Of a stretch of 54,393 nt of DNA, positions 53,843 to 54,393 are shown one piece after another. The position numbers were made by a program, and so were the translations under genes. The notes beneath the pieces are model-generated. The model did no database searches. It saw only the letters and a program-made list of their open reading frames with translations, and had not been told where the DNA came from. This stretch comes from a virus (lineage: Duplodnaviria > Heunggongvirae > Uroviricota > Caudoviricetes), in the IMG/VR virus record IMGVR_UViG_3300028840_006732; one strand, written 5' to 3'. Every line of letters begins with the position of its first letter. The stretch's first letter is position 1.

Positions 53843-54393
53843 AACACTTCCGGCGGAACTCGACGAGAGTACCGTCGTCGCCCTCTCGGACGGTCCGTCC
53901 TCCGACGACTACGACATACACGAGTTGTTCGCTCGCGGCGCCACGATGTTCGGTTACGGTCGGGCCTGGCAGCGTGGTCGGCTGCACTACTACGTGGCCT
54001 ACCACGACAGCCTACTGGAGCAGCTTCTGGAGAGCATCGGCTACGGGTTGAACATCTTCGTGCCCACCGTCCAGATCCCTCTCTTCCAAAAGCGTGGTTT
54101 CTTCCGCCACACGGAGCACAACTTCATCGAGCTTCCCGAGGGGGAGTGCCATCATGTGGCTCCGGCGTTGTCGTGGGCTGAGAGTCATGCTCGCTCCAGG
54201 AAGCTGTTCATCCTGGGCGAGGACGGCTGGCACCGACTCACCGGGCAGCTCTACACCCCGGAGACTTGTCACTCGAAGGCTGTTGCCTACCGGGCCCAGG
54301 ATCAGCCGGACGTGTTCAAGCGGATGCTGGAGGGAAACACGAAGTTCCTGGCCGGCACGCAGAATCGTTTTGCTATCGCCTGGAACATCCGAG
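53826..54393 (+). CDS. 3'-truncated Maf/DUF115- or sialyltransferase-like protein
   Basis: Not in the ORF track because it runs off the window. Manual translation from ATG 53826 gives VVALSDGPS (cf. G.GPS) and KLFILGEDG (cf. I.L.G.D). Confidence 0.55.
   Translation, partial: MRLPTRTLPAELDESTVVALSDGPSSDDYDIHELFARGATMFGYGRAWQRGRLHYYVAYHDSLLEQLLESIGYGLNIFVPTVQIPLFQKRGFFRHTEHNFIELPEGECHHVAPALSWAESHARSRKLFILGEDGWHRLTGQLYTPETCHSKAVAYRAQDQPDVFKRMLEGNTKFLAGTQNRFAIAWNIR

Noticed and set aside
1-54393. Eukaryotic giant virus origin (tubulin, C2H2 finger, NLS-like patches, glycosylation genes)
   Set aside because: Abundant GGAGG Shine-Dalgarno sites, ATGA translational coupling, TatA, MurB, RecA, an intrinsic terminator and a portal-like gene indicate a bacterial-host virus.
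1-54393. Ordinary bacterial chromosome segment
   Set aside because: No housekeeping operons, single-strand dense packing of mostly orphan genes, and divergent phage-type replication and structural genes.
1-54393. Stop-codon reassignment
   Set aside because: Recognisable genes are uninterrupted and end at TAG, TGA or TAA at natural domain ends (for example tubulin, methyltransferase and NeuA at TAG; ThyX and RuvC at TGA).

Overview
GC-rich, tightly packed window with essentially every gene on the + strand. It is best read as part of a large (jumbo-type) bacteriophage genome. The evidence is a portal-like gene, phage-type RuvC, ThyX, RecA, DEDDh exonuclease and DNA methyltransferase, a tubulin/FtsZ-family GTPase, large Gly/Ala-rich virion-like proteins, bacterial Shine-Dalgarno sites with ATGA-coupled genes, and no housekeeping operons. 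Three blocks are visible: DNA metabolism/recombination (about 1-24 kb), portal/tubulin/virion-like genes interleaved with glycosyltransferases (about 26-45.6 kb), and a glycan-tailoring locus (46.4 kb to the end). That locus holds two sulfotransferases, a GT2-MurB fusion, a pyruvyltransferase, a methyltransferase, an O-acetyltransferase, a NeuA-type cytidylyltransferase and a Maf/DUF115-like protein. The most striking observations are: (1) an 18-bp AT-rich palindrome CTCAAAA-CCGC/GCGG-TTTTGAG dispersed four times, twice inside coding sequence, in a genome that also encodes a tubulin; (2) a TatA together with two proteins carrying textbook twin-arginine signal peptides; (3) a glycosyltransferase fused to a MurB reductase, directly coupled to a pyruvyltransferase. 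All functional calls come from motifs read by eye; no database searches were run.
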